A stretch of DNA of 64,000 bases from positions 49,432 to 113,431 of the forward strand of contig DAISJZ010000002.1 of NCBI GenBank assembly GCA_036821145.1. Direction: 5' to 3'. A program made the position numbers and the translations under genes. Below the pieces are notes generated by a model that saw only the letters and a program-made list of their open reading frames with translations, ran no database searches and was not told the DNA's origin. Of this stretch, positions 30,098 to 38,868 are shown piece after piece; positions within the stretch are counted from its first letter, which is position 1; the number at the start of each line of letters is the position of its first letter. This DNA comes from Spirochaetota bacterium (GTDB lineage Bacteria; Spirochaetota; UBA4802; UBA5550).

Positions 30098-30799
30098 CTA
30101 TCTTCTTCTCAAAATATACTCAGCTTTTTCGAACTCACTGTTCTTGCGGTAAACCCTTATAAGAGCTTTCCTGGTTTCTATATTATAACTGTCAGCTTTG
30201 TATGATGCAAAAAGCATATCCGAAGCTTCCTTCAGCCTCCCTTCACCCTCAAGCGCAAGTCCCGTATAATAATCAATTTCTTCACCTATGAAACCGTTTT
30301 TACGTGCTGACATCAGGCTCATAAGTGCTTCTTTATTACGCCCCACATGATAAAGTGAAGCGCCGTAATAAAAAGCTGTATTGACATTTTCAAGCATCAG
30401 CTTCCTGTCGTAAAAAAAAACAACTTCCCCGTAATTTTCATTTTTAAACAGTATTTTTATTATTTTAATAATGTCAGCTGTTTCACTTCCGCCATTTTCA
30501 AAAGAAGCAGCAAAATATTCCGCACCTTTTACAGGTTCGCCCATTTTAATATAATTCAAGCCGGCAATCTGTTTAAACTCAGTATTGGTTATATAAATAT
30601 CGAGAACAGGAGTCAGATAGTCATGTAGTTTCTCATACTCGCCGTCGTCGTAAAGAGCCCACCCTTTTTTAACAAGCTCTTCTTCAGTATAGAAGTAATT
30701 ATAATAAGTTTTCAGATAAAACCTGTAAACAATGCCGCTATATCTGACAGATACAAACATAATTGCCGAAAAAAGGATTATTAAAATGATTTTTTTCAT
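30098..30799 (-). CDS. TPR repeat protein with N-terminal signal/anchor
   Basis: MKKIILIILFSAIMFVSV, then repeated A..Y...G.Y..A TPR-like helices (GRLKEASDMLFASYKADSYN, NKEALMSLMSARKNG). Confidence 0.7.
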   Translation of the reverse strand: MKKIILIILFSAIMFVSVRYSGIVYRFYLKTYYNYFYTEEELVKKGWALYDDGEYEKLHDYLTPVLDIYITNTEFKQIAGLNYIKMGEPVKGAEYFAASFENGGSETADIIKIIKILFKNENYGEVVFFYDRKLMLENVNTAFYYGASLYHVGRNKEALMSLMSARKNGFIGEEIDYYTGLALEGEGRLKEASDMLFASYKADSYNIETRKALIRVYRKNSEFEKAEYILRRR

Positions 30800-30972
30800 T
30801 CAGATTTCCATTATATTTTGTATGTTTTTAATTAACTTTCTCAGAAAGCTTGCTGGTAAAAAAAAAGATATCAATATATTATTCTTGAAAAATAAGTACA
30901 TGGAAAGTATTTTAACAAAAAATTTTAAAAAATTTTTAATTCAGTCGTATAGTTTACAGGAATTAACACATT

Positions 30973-31584
30973 ATGAAAAACAGATCAACATTTATACTTA
31001 CAGGCCTTTTTATTCTTATTTTATCCACTGCTTCGCATGCGATAACAGGTGATGAAGCACTTGCTCAATTCAGAGGAAGAATGAATAGTGCAGGAAAAAT
31101 TACAGGAATAATATCCTGGTCGCATTCAGGCGGAGAAACCTATACCGGCGCTTTTAAATACATGAGCCCTGGAAAAATATATGTTAAATTCAGTTCACCC
31201 GCAGGAAAAACAATTGTTTCTAATGGAAAAAGCTTGTGGATATACTCTTCAGGAAGTAATATCTGCGGGATACAGGATCTCGCCGGTGGAGGTTCAGGCG
31301 GGATTGCGGCCCTCACCAGCGGCTATTTTGCAATTGTAACTGCTCAAGGCGCCGGAGGATACACAATCAAGCTGAAAAATAATGATAAATCCTTTCAGGA
31401 AATAACATTAATGGTTGATTCAACATTCTTCCTGAGAAAAGCAATCATAAAAACAAAAAATGGCGGCTCTTATAACTTTTCACTCTCAAATATCAGTTTT
31501 TCAGCTCCGGTTATACCGAGTATCTTTGACTTTAATGTGCCTTCAAGCGCTCAGGTCGTAAAAAATCCGTTAAATATAAAATAA
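30973..31584 (+). CDS. LolA-like outer-membrane lipoprotein carrier protein
   Basis: Signal peptide ...STASHA. ALAQFRGRMNSAGKITGIISW...FKYMSPGKIYVKFSSPAGKTIVSNGKSLWIYS is the classic LolA N-terminal pattern. Confidence 0.7.
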   Translation: MKNRSTFILTGLFILILSTASHAITGDEALAQFRGRMNSAGKITGIISWSHSGGETYTGAFKYMSPGKIYVKFSSPAGKTIVSNGKSLWIYSSGSNICGIQDLAGGGSGGIAALTSGYFAIVTAQGAGGYTIKLKNNDKSFQEITLMVDSTFFLRKAIIKTKNGGSYNFSLSNISFSAPVIPSIFDFNVPSSAQVVKNPLNIK

Positions 31585-31590
31585 TGGCGG

Positions 31591-32178
31591 GTGTTAGATT
31601 TGTTGAAGTTTAAAAATTGCTTATTGTTTTTTTTTATCACAGTTTTAACATCTCAGGTTTATTCACAGGAGATTCGTGAAGAATCATCTCTTAACTATAC
31701 TTATCTTGGTCCGGTTTTTTCAATATCTTCCAACTCAGCTGAATACAGCGACTGGATAGATAATCAGTACAAAACGGAAAAAGTTTCAGGGATGTCGTAT
31801 ACTGGCGGAATTGATCTGAAAATATTTGCAGGAAATCTGTGCGGAGATTTTCAGTCAAAGTATTCCTACAGTTCGTATGAAACAACACTTACCTGTCTTG
31901 AATTCATTCTGGCAGGAGAATACTTTTATAAAATCAATGAACTTATTTCTGCCGGTGCAGGACTTGGACTCTACATGGAGACTCCTCCATCAAGCAAAGA
32001 TCACAACGGTTCATCAGGATTGTACATCCCCTTGAGTGCAATACTCAATACAACTGGTAATACAAAATTTTTTATAGATCTTTTTGCTAAATACGGGACA
32101 TTTGCACTCGGCAATGACAGTCAATTCTCATCTTACGGCTGTAGTATGGGGTTTGTTTTTAAAGTTGGAAGAATTTAA
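31591..32178 (+). CDS. Small predicted outer-membrane beta-barrel protein
   Basis: GTG/TTG start region 7 nt after the LolA-like stop. Signal peptide LLFFFITVLTSQVYSQ. Alternating aromatic/Gly-rich strands, ending GFVFKVGRI. Confidence 0.55.
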   Translation: MLDLLKFKNCLLFFFITVLTSQVYSQEIREESSLNYTYLGPVFSISSNSAEYSDWIDNQYKTEKVSGMSYTGGIDLKIFAGNLCGDFQSKYSYSSYETTLTCLEFILAGEYFYKINELISAGAGLGLYMETPPSSKDHNGSSGLYIPLSAILNTTGNTKFFIDLFAKYGTFALGNDSQFSSYGCSMGFVFKVGRI

Positions 32179-34039
32179 ATTAATTTTAAACAAAATTACT
32201 GTACCGTCTCTCCCTGTTTGCGGCACTATTTTCACATCAACTATTTTAATATACAATAAATTCTTTCCTTCAAAAACAGTTTTAACTGCAGGGATTATTT
32301 TTTTAATACTGACAATTGTATTCATTATTCTATGCATCAACCGGTATTTACATTTTTTTAACCGCAAAAATAATTTATACTATATCAGAATTACATGTTT
32401 AGTTGTTATATTTGTTTCGATTCCAGCTATAATTTATACAAATATTAATTATTTATGCAAATATAAAAACCAACCTTCAGTCATAGTTAATTTTTCTGCT
32501 ATTGTAAAAAATATAGCAGAGAAAAAGAATACCACTGAACTTACAGCTGAAGTTTCGGATTCTAATGAATATCCGGAAATTAAAATAATTCTATATTATA
32601 ATGGTAGAATTTCATTAAACAAGGGAGATGAGATTTTCATCCACAAACCCATTAAGTTCAAACAATACAAGGATACAGAGGAAAACTATAACAGCTTTAA
32701 GTTGAAAGGAATAAATTACATTTCTTCAATTACTGATAATGACATTACTGCCATCAGAGAAGCAGAACCGGGTCACAGGGAAATACTTAAAAAAAAGCTT
32801 ATAAAAAAAATAGACTCTCTTTTCCAGAAAGATACAGCAAATATTATAAAAGCCTTTTTTTTGGGAAACAGAAGTTCCGTTTCAAAAGACGTAACAATTC
32901 AATTCAGAGATGCCGGTGCGCTTCACCTGTTAGCAGCCTCCGGGCTACACGTAGGGATAGCTGCGGGTCTTCCGCTCTTTCTGCTTCTTTTAAATTTCAG
33001 AAAAAAAACTCTACTGTTTTTATCACTATTGTCAGTTTTTCTATACCTGTATATTACTGACATGCCCATTTCACTTGTTAGAGCTTCCCTTATGTTTTTT
33101 TTATTTGCAGCACAGGTTTTTATACACAGAAAGCCCGCTCCATTTAACACTTTAATGCTCACAGGTTCAATCATTGTGCTAATAGCACCGTGGGAAATTT
33201 TTAACATCGGGTTTCAGCTCAGTTTCAGTGCGACATTAGGAATTATCCTTTTTTATAAAGTTTACAAAAAATCTTTTATAAAGCTTCCATCTTATATCCG
33301 GAATTCATTAGCCGTAAGTCTCTCCGCTCAGATTTTCACATTACCGCTTATTCTCATTCACCTGAATCAAATAAACACAATATCATTATTCAGTAACATT
33401 GTGCTGATACCCGTCACCTCAATTTTCATGTACACCGCCTTTAGCACACTATTACTATCAGCAATAATTCCATCATCCGGTTTTATTCTTTCAGAAATCA
33501 CAAGACATGTATATCATGCACTTATTGCCAGTGCCGGTTTTTTTGCAGGTTTTGATTGTAATTTTTTTCTTAACAATATCACTCCGGTTATATTATTATT
33601 GTCTTTATCACTCATCCCGGTTTTACCTATAAAGTTAACAAGAAAATTACGGGCTGCGCCTGTTTATACCGCTTTTATTTTATGTACTTTTTTATTAAAA
33701 GGTCATGCGGAAATCAGAGCAGAAGAAATAATTTTTTCATCCGGTAATTCAAATATTATATTACATAAAAAAGAAATGACTGAATTAATACTTGATATTA
33801 AGGATTTAAACGATATCGATTTATTAATCAATGAATTCAAAAAAACCGGTACCAAAGTTAATGTATTAATAATTAATAATGGTTCATTTCCCAACCAGAT
33901 AGCCTGTAAAAAAATATGTAGTGAATTTATAATTGACGAATGTTCTTTTTATGTATTACCTGATATCAGCAGTAATTTAAAAAATTTAATCAGCTCTCTT
34001 GAAACTGATAATATTAAAATATCTTTTCATGTAGATTAA
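32084..34039 (+). CDS. comEC: ComEC/Rec2 family DNA internalisation channel protein (no metallo-beta-lactamase domain)
   Basis: LGNRSSVSKDVTIQFRDAGALHLLAASGLHVGI competence-domain signature plus many TM helices. The start is uncertain: the track TTG 32084 overlaps the upstream gene by 95 nt, and TTG 32165 is an alternative. Confidence 0.85.
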   Translation: MLNTGHLHSAMTVNSHLTAVVWGLFLKLEEFKLILNKITVPSLPVCGTIFTSTILIYNKFFPSKTVLTAGIIFLILTIVFIILCINRYLHFFNRKNNLYYIRITCLVVIFVSIPAIIYTNINYLCKYKNQPSVIVNFSAIVKNIAEKKNTTELTAEVSDSNEYPEIKIILYYNGRISLNKGDEIFIHKPIKFKQYKDTEENYNSFKLKGINYISSITDNDITAIREAEPGHREILKKKLIKKIDSLFQKDTANIIKAFFLGNRSSVSKDVTIQFRDAGALHLLAASGLHVGIAAGLPLFLLLLNFRKKTLLFLSLLSVFLYLYITDMPISLVRASLMFFLFAAQVFIHRKPAPFNTLMLTGSIIVLIAPWEIFNIGFQLSFSATLGIILFYKVYKKSFIKLPSYIRNSLAVSLSAQIFTLPLILIHLNQINTISLFSNIVLIPVTSIFMYTAFSTLLLSAIIPSSGFILSEITRHVYHALIASAGFFAGFDCNFFLNNITPVILLLSLSLIPVLPIKLTRKLRAAPVYTAFILCTFLLKGHAEIRAEEIIFSSGNSNIILHKKEMTELILDIKDLNDIDLLINEFKKTGTKVNVLIINNGSFPNQIACKKICSEFIIDECSFYVLPDISSNLKNLISSLETDNIKISFHVD

Positions 34040-34133
34040 AATTCTTTAATTATTGATTTTTAATCTCATACTATTTTTATTAATATAAACCGATAATAAT
34101 ATTAATAAATATCTAACTTAAAATAAGGGTGTC

Positions 34134-35624
34134 ATGTTATTTACCGATGGAAAAACATTTTCTGACAGAATCCTCAGAGGTGAGGATGTAGCATTCTCTT
34201 TAAAATTCGTGGATGAAAAATCTCTTCTTCTGATTAATGCTATACTTGTAAAAATCCTCTCAAGCCAGGGGAATATTTTTCTTCTTGAAACTCTTATAAC
34301 TATCATAAGAGAAATTGTTTTCAATGCATTTAAGGCTAATTTAAAAAGGCTCTATTTTATCAAGGCAGGCGTTGATCTGAATGATAAAGAAAAATATGAT
34401 CTTTTAATGCAGAATTTTAAGGATGATTATCTTTACAAACTGGATGAAATTGAAGAGGAAATTACAGCACAGGATGATTATCATATTCAAATAAATTTTA
34501 AGAAAACCGACAATTCACTCAAGGTAACCGTTTTCAATAATGTCGCAATCATTGAAGAGGAATTCAACCGAATAAAAACACGTCTTGAACAATCAAAAAA
34601 GTACATGAACCTTGCTGACGCTTATAATGATATTTATGATTCTACAGAAGGTGCGGGACTTGGACTTGCTTTAATGGTTTTTCTCTTAAAAAATTCAGGG
34701 ATCGGAGTTGATAACCTTTCGATAGCCCCTGACAGTAAAGGCGTAACCGTATCCGTGAACATACCAAAACAGCTGAAAGAAGAAAGTATTATATCATCTG
34801 TTAAGAAGAAAGTCCTGGATGATGTTGATACGCTTCCCACTTTTCCGGAAAATATTATTGAACTTCAAAATCTATGCAGCAGAAAAGATTCTACAATAGA
34901 TGCGATAGCCTCAAAAATCAGTCAGGACCCCTCTCTGTCTGCAGATGTAATAAAACTGTCAAACTCTGCCGGTTTTGTCCCCGGCAAAAGAATAATGACT
35001 ATCAAGGATGCAGTAAAAATTATTGGTTTAAAAAACCTCAACCTTATACTCACGGCAAGTGCTGCAAAAACAATCTTACAGAATAAATACAAGAAATTTG
35101 AAGTAATTTGGGAACATTGCATTCGTGTTGCATATTATTCTACATTAATAGCGAAATCCAAACAGTTGGGTGCTGTTTCCGATTCTGCATTCACTGCAGG
35201 TCTTCTCCATGATATCGGGAAAATAGTTCTGATGTCGGCAGATGATAAGATTATTCATACTATATCTGAAATCACAAGAAATAAGCAGCTTCGTTCATCT
35301 TCAATCCTTGAAGAAATCTCTGTCGGTATAAGCCATGCAGAAATTGGAGGATTAATTGCCGAGAAATGGAACTTCCCAGCTAACCTCAAACTCGCGATAG
35401 AAAACCATCACTCACCTCTGAATGTTGAGGATGAATATAAAGAACTTTCATTTTCCGTATACTTTGCTAACATGCTGTGCGGGGTTGAAAAAAATAAATA
35501 CAACTACTACTACATTGAAACAGATATCCTTGAATGGATGCAAATAAATACTATTGAAGAACTAAAAAACTTTCATGAAAAGTTGAAAACTAATTACGCC
35601 AGCCAGATGACTATAGCAGGTTGA
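34134..35624 (+). CDS. HDOD domain protein with an N-terminal degenerate histidine-kinase-like ATPase (HATPase_c) domain
   Basis: N-box-like REIVFNAFKAN and G2-box STEGAGLGLALM, but the G1 position reads VTVFNNVAII. The HDOD part is LPTFPENIIELQNL...ISQDPSLSADVIKLSNSAGF...LLHDIGK. SD AAGGG lies upstream. Confidence 0.8.
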   Translation: MLFTDGKTFSDRILRGEDVAFSLKFVDEKSLLLINAILVKILSSQGNIFLLETLITIIREIVFNAFKANLKRLYFIKAGVDLNDKEKYDLLMQNFKDDYLYKLDEIEEEITAQDDYHIQINFKKTDNSLKVTVFNNVAIIEEEFNRIKTRLEQSKKYMNLADAYNDIYDSTEGAGLGLALMVFLLKNSGIGVDNLSIAPDSKGVTVSVNIPKQLKEESIISSVKKKVLDDVDTLPTFPENIIELQNLCSRKDSTIDAIASKISQDPSLSADVIKLSNSAGFVPGKRIMTIKDAVKIIGLKNLNLILTASAAKTILQNKYKKFEVIWEHCIRVAYYSTLIAKSKQLGAVSDSAFTAGLLHDIGKIVLMSADDKIIHTISEITRNKQLRSSSILEEISVGISHAEIGGLIAEKWNFPANLKLAIENHHSPLNVEDEYKELSFSVYFANMLCGVEKNKYNYYYIETDILEWMQINTIEELKNFHEKLKTNYASQMTIAG

Positions 35625-35633
35625 AACTCTGAT

Positions 35634-37358
35634 ATGGATTACGTAATTTTAGAAACTAAAAGCGGTTCAAAAACTATTATAAAAAAAAATAACGGTTCAG
35701 ACAGGGATATTAAACTTCATTCAGCTTACGATCCAGTAAAAGAATCAGAAAGAAGTGTTGATGCTTTCAATGCCGGAAAATGTTCCATAATTGCTGTGTC
35801 AGGGATAGCCTTAGGTTATCATATAAATGCTCTTAAAAAAAAATACCCGGCAACAAATATTCTCGCCATAGAAAACGATCAGTCTATAATTGAGTTATGC
35901 AAAAAACATAATCCTTCTGCCCTTGAAAATATTATACCAATTTTAAATGAGAATGATCTCGCAGCTTATTTCCAGACAATAGATCTTTCATCCTTCCAGG
36001 GAGTTGCGCATTATATTCATCGTCCTTCATATAATATCAATCCTGATTTTTATGAAACAGTACTTGCAAATATGAAACTGCTTATTTCATCACGTGTAAG
36101 TGATCTTCTTACGCGATTTGAGTTTGAAGAAAAATGGATAAAAAATATTTTCACAAATCTTAAATGGCTTGGCCGGGCTGCCGGTGTTTCATCTTTTTTT
36201 AATAAATTCAAAAATTATCCGGGAATAATTGTTTCAGCCGGCCCTTCACTCAGAAAAGATCTTGATATCATCAGAGATTTAAAAGACTCAGCTGTTATTA
36301 TATGCGTAGATACTGCTTTCAAAGTTCTCACCAAAGCCGGAATTGAACCGCATTTTGTAATGACTCTTGATGCTCAAAAATACAGTTTTAAACATTTTAC
36401 AGGAGTTAAACCCCAAAATACAGTACTTGTCTCAGATATGGTAAGCTGTCCTGCGATTCTCGATTATTACTCTGGAAATAAAATAATCAGCACCACGTCA
36501 AAATATTATCAGGATTCAACAGGTAAAACATTAAGAGAAACTACACCCGTGATGGACTGGATTGAAAAGTTTACTGAATCTCCCGGAGATATTCAATCAG
36601 GTGGTTCTGTTGCAACAAGCGCGTTTGATCTTCTACTTAATATGGGTTGCAATCCGATTATACTATTAGGCCAGGATCTTGCCTATACCGGACGTGAAAT
36701 CCATTGCAGCGGCACATATCATAATGACGACTGGCTTCCGCAAATTAACAGGTACAAAAATCTTGATACAATTAATCAGAATGTAATAAGAAAAAGAAAA
36801 ATAAAGTATGTACCGAAGTTCAACAAAGATGGCAAAGTAATATCTGATTTCGTTTTTGACCTTTATAAATCATGGTTTGAAGATTCAGCATCCCGTGTTA
36901 ATGTCAGAGTAATTAATTCTAATTCCGGCGGAGCTTATATAGCGAACACACAGGAAATCCCAGCCACTAAACTTAGTTTAAAACCGGCAGAGGAAACCCC
37001 ATTTCAAATAATTGAAAGAATCTTTTCTAAAACAGCTCCCGCAGACATCCATATACTTATTCAAAAAATTAATTATGTCAATCAACAGCTGAACCTTATT
37101 GCTTCAATTTCTGAATCTGATAAATCTGCAAATGAAAAGTATTCTCTTATTAATAATCTTCTTAATGAGGGTGACATAAACTCTCTTCTCAAACCATTTA
37201 TGAGAAAAGCAGAATTTTATACTTCCAGGCATTTACTCGATAATGAAAAAATACAGGAAATGATCTATAATGAAGTTTGTATTTCATCATCTAAACTTAA
37301 ACGATTTATCAGCAGATTATTTAAAATAAATCAGGAATTCAGTCAGGAACCGGTATAA
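35634..37358 (+). CDS. DUF115 / MptE-like (motility-accessory-factor, Maf-like) protein
   Basis: Central block PGIIVSAGPSLRKDL...VIICVDTAFKVLTKAGIEPHFVMTLD...GGSVATSAFDLLLNMGCNPIILLGQDLAY is characteristic of DUF115/Maf proteins. Confidence 0.75.
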   Translation: MDYVILETKSGSKTIIKKNNGSDRDIKLHSAYDPVKESERSVDAFNAGKCSIIAVSGIALGYHINALKKKYPATNILAIENDQSIIELCKKHNPSALENIIPILNENDLAAYFQTIDLSSFQGVAHYIHRPSYNINPDFYETVLANMKLLISSRVSDLLTRFEFEEKWIKNIFTNLKWLGRAAGVSSFFNKFKNYPGIIVSAGPSLRKDLDIIRDLKDSAVIICVDTAFKVLTKAGIEPHFVMTLDAQKYSFKHFTGVKPQNTVLVSDMVSCPAILDYYSGNKIISTTSKYYQDSTGKTLRETTPVMDWIEKFTESPGDIQSGGSVATSAFDLLLNMGCNPIILLGQDLAYTGREIHCSGTYHNDDWLPQINRYKNLDTINQNVIRKRKIKYVPKFNKDGKVISDFVFDLYKSWFEDSASRVNVRVINSNSGGAYIANTQEIPATKLSLKPAEETPFQIIERIFSKTAPADIHILIQKINYVNQQLNLIASISESDKSANEKYSLINNLLNEGDINSLLKPFMRKAEFYTSRHLLDNEKIQEMIYNEVCISSSKLKRFISRLFKINQEFSQEPV

Positions 37359-37370
37359 AGTAAAAATCAT

Positions 37371-38198
37371 ATGAAACCTTTAATCCCATTTATACTATTT
37401 TTATTTATATTTTCATTTGTATCCGTAAAGGCAATAACCCCTTCGGAAGCCAGAGTGGACTGGACAAATGGTTTTATAATATCAGATGGGAAAAGCAGTA
37501 TTGTAATAAACGATAGCGGATCTGCAACAGATAATGAAACAGGTAAATCAATTTCCTACTCTTCTGCAAGAGTTCTATCATATCAAAAATCAAAAGAAAA
37601 AGCTCTTTTAAATGCCGCTGACATCATTAATCAGATTCAGGTTGATCCTGATACAAAAATCGGAAATTTGATTATAAATGACAAAATCATCAGACAGAGA
37701 ATAAGTAACTATCTGCATGAATATGCAATATTCAAAGAACTGCCGGCCGGCTATCTGAATACCTCATGCAGAGTTGAACTCAAACTCGGATATTTAATCG
37801 ACACACTTAATATACAGTTTCCAGAAAACAATTTTCCGATTCGAAGTGATAATGATTTTTCTACAAAATATACATCTTTGATAATAGACACCCGCGGTCT
37901 GAATATTAAACCAGCACTTTTACCTGCAGTTGTTAACGAATCAGGACTTGAGATTTTCAGCCGGAATAATATATCGGGCAAAATAGCAGTTAAACATCTT
38001 GCTGTTTCATATACCAACAGTGAACGTGAAGCTGTTAATCATAAAAAAGCCGGTAAACACCCGTTTTATTGTACAGCATTAAAATCACTTAACGGAAATC
38101 CTGTAATATCTGATGATGATGTAAAAAGAATATACAGTCATAAAGATAACCTTATATTTCTAAAAAAATGCAGAGTTATATTTATAATAGACAGGTGA
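37371..38198 (+). CDS. Hypothetical secreted protein (weak LPP20/FlgP-like N-terminal pattern)
   Basis: Signal peptide MKPLIPFILFLFIFSFVSVKA. ARVLSYQKSKEKALLNAADIINQIQVD weakly recalls LPP20-family helices. The second half has a SLIIDTRGLNIKPALLPAVVNESGLEIF motif. Confidence 0.6.
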   Translation: MKPLIPFILFLFIFSFVSVKAITPSEARVDWTNGFIISDGKSSIVINDSGSATDNETGKSISYSSARVLSYQKSKEKALLNAADIINQIQVDPDTKIGNLIINDKIIRQRISNYLHEYAIFKELPAGYLNTSCRVELKLGYLIDTLNIQFPENNFPIRSDNDFSTKYTSLIIDTRGLNIKPALLPAVVNESGLEIFSRNNISGKIAVKHLAVSYTNSEREAVNHKKAGKHPFYCTALKSLNGNPVISDDDVKRIYSHKDNLIFLKKCRVIFIIDR

Positions 38199-38202
38199 TA
38201 AA

Positions 38203-38868
38203 ATGAACCCGGTTGTAAAGTTTCTTACTTCAGCAATTATTGCCATAAATAAACTTATAGATTCCTTGAATCTTCAAACCATTCAAACAATTAAAAGGGG
38301 CTTTTTCTTTTCAATTTTCATTTTCTGTATAATAGGTATTATTATAGGAATAAATATGGGAAAAAAGGCAGCCAAAATAAAAAGCGCTCCGCTTGCTGAA
38401 TTTGTTAATGATACTTTCAAAGTGGATATAAACAGAGAAAAAGATTCAGGTGACTTTTCAGAAATGCTTGAAAACGAGGTTATAAAAGAATCTACAATCA
38501 ATAATTTCAATAAAGCTGAATTCCCTTTGCAGGAAAAACTCGAACCTCATTATAACAAAGATTTGATTGAATCTCAGAATAAGATTTCTGATCCTGATTT
38601 AAGAATTCATTCTAATAAAACAGAAACACCGATTGATGAAGACTTAGACAGAATTAATAATGAAACTGTTCCTCCTATACGGCAGCTTGAAAAAAATTTG
38701 ACCGACGAAGGCAACAATGATATTATCCTTCATAATGATTCTAAAATCAATAAAGACAATAAAACCGATATAAGATCTCAGGATAAATCTCCAGTAAGAA
38801 TTCTGGAAAAGAATAAAACAGTCAATCCGGAAGTATTTAATAAGGATTCAGGTATAATAAATCAGTGA
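38203..38868 (+). CDS. Hypothetical single-pass membrane protein with a low-complexity polar tail
   Basis: AGGTGA SD. TM segment FFFSIFIFCIIGIIIGINMG. The remainder is N/D/K/E-rich. Confidence 0.55.
   Translation: MNPVVKFLTSAIIAINKLIDSLNLQTIQTIKRGFFFSIFIFCIIGIIIGINMGKKAAKIKSAPLAEFVNDTFKVDINREKDSGDFSEMLENEVIKESTINNFNKAEFPLQEKLEPHYNKDLIESQNKISDPDLRIHSNKTETPIDEDLDRINNETVPPIRQLEKNLTDEGNNDIILHNDSKINKDNKTDIRSQDKSPVRILEKNKTVNPEVFNKDSGIINQ

Noticed and set aside
30732-31052. 106-aa + ORF bridging the TPR gene start, the spacer and the LolA-like gene start.
   Set aside because: It overlaps two better-supported genes on different frames and strands, and its product is low-complexity I/F/K-rich, typical of AT-rich spacers.
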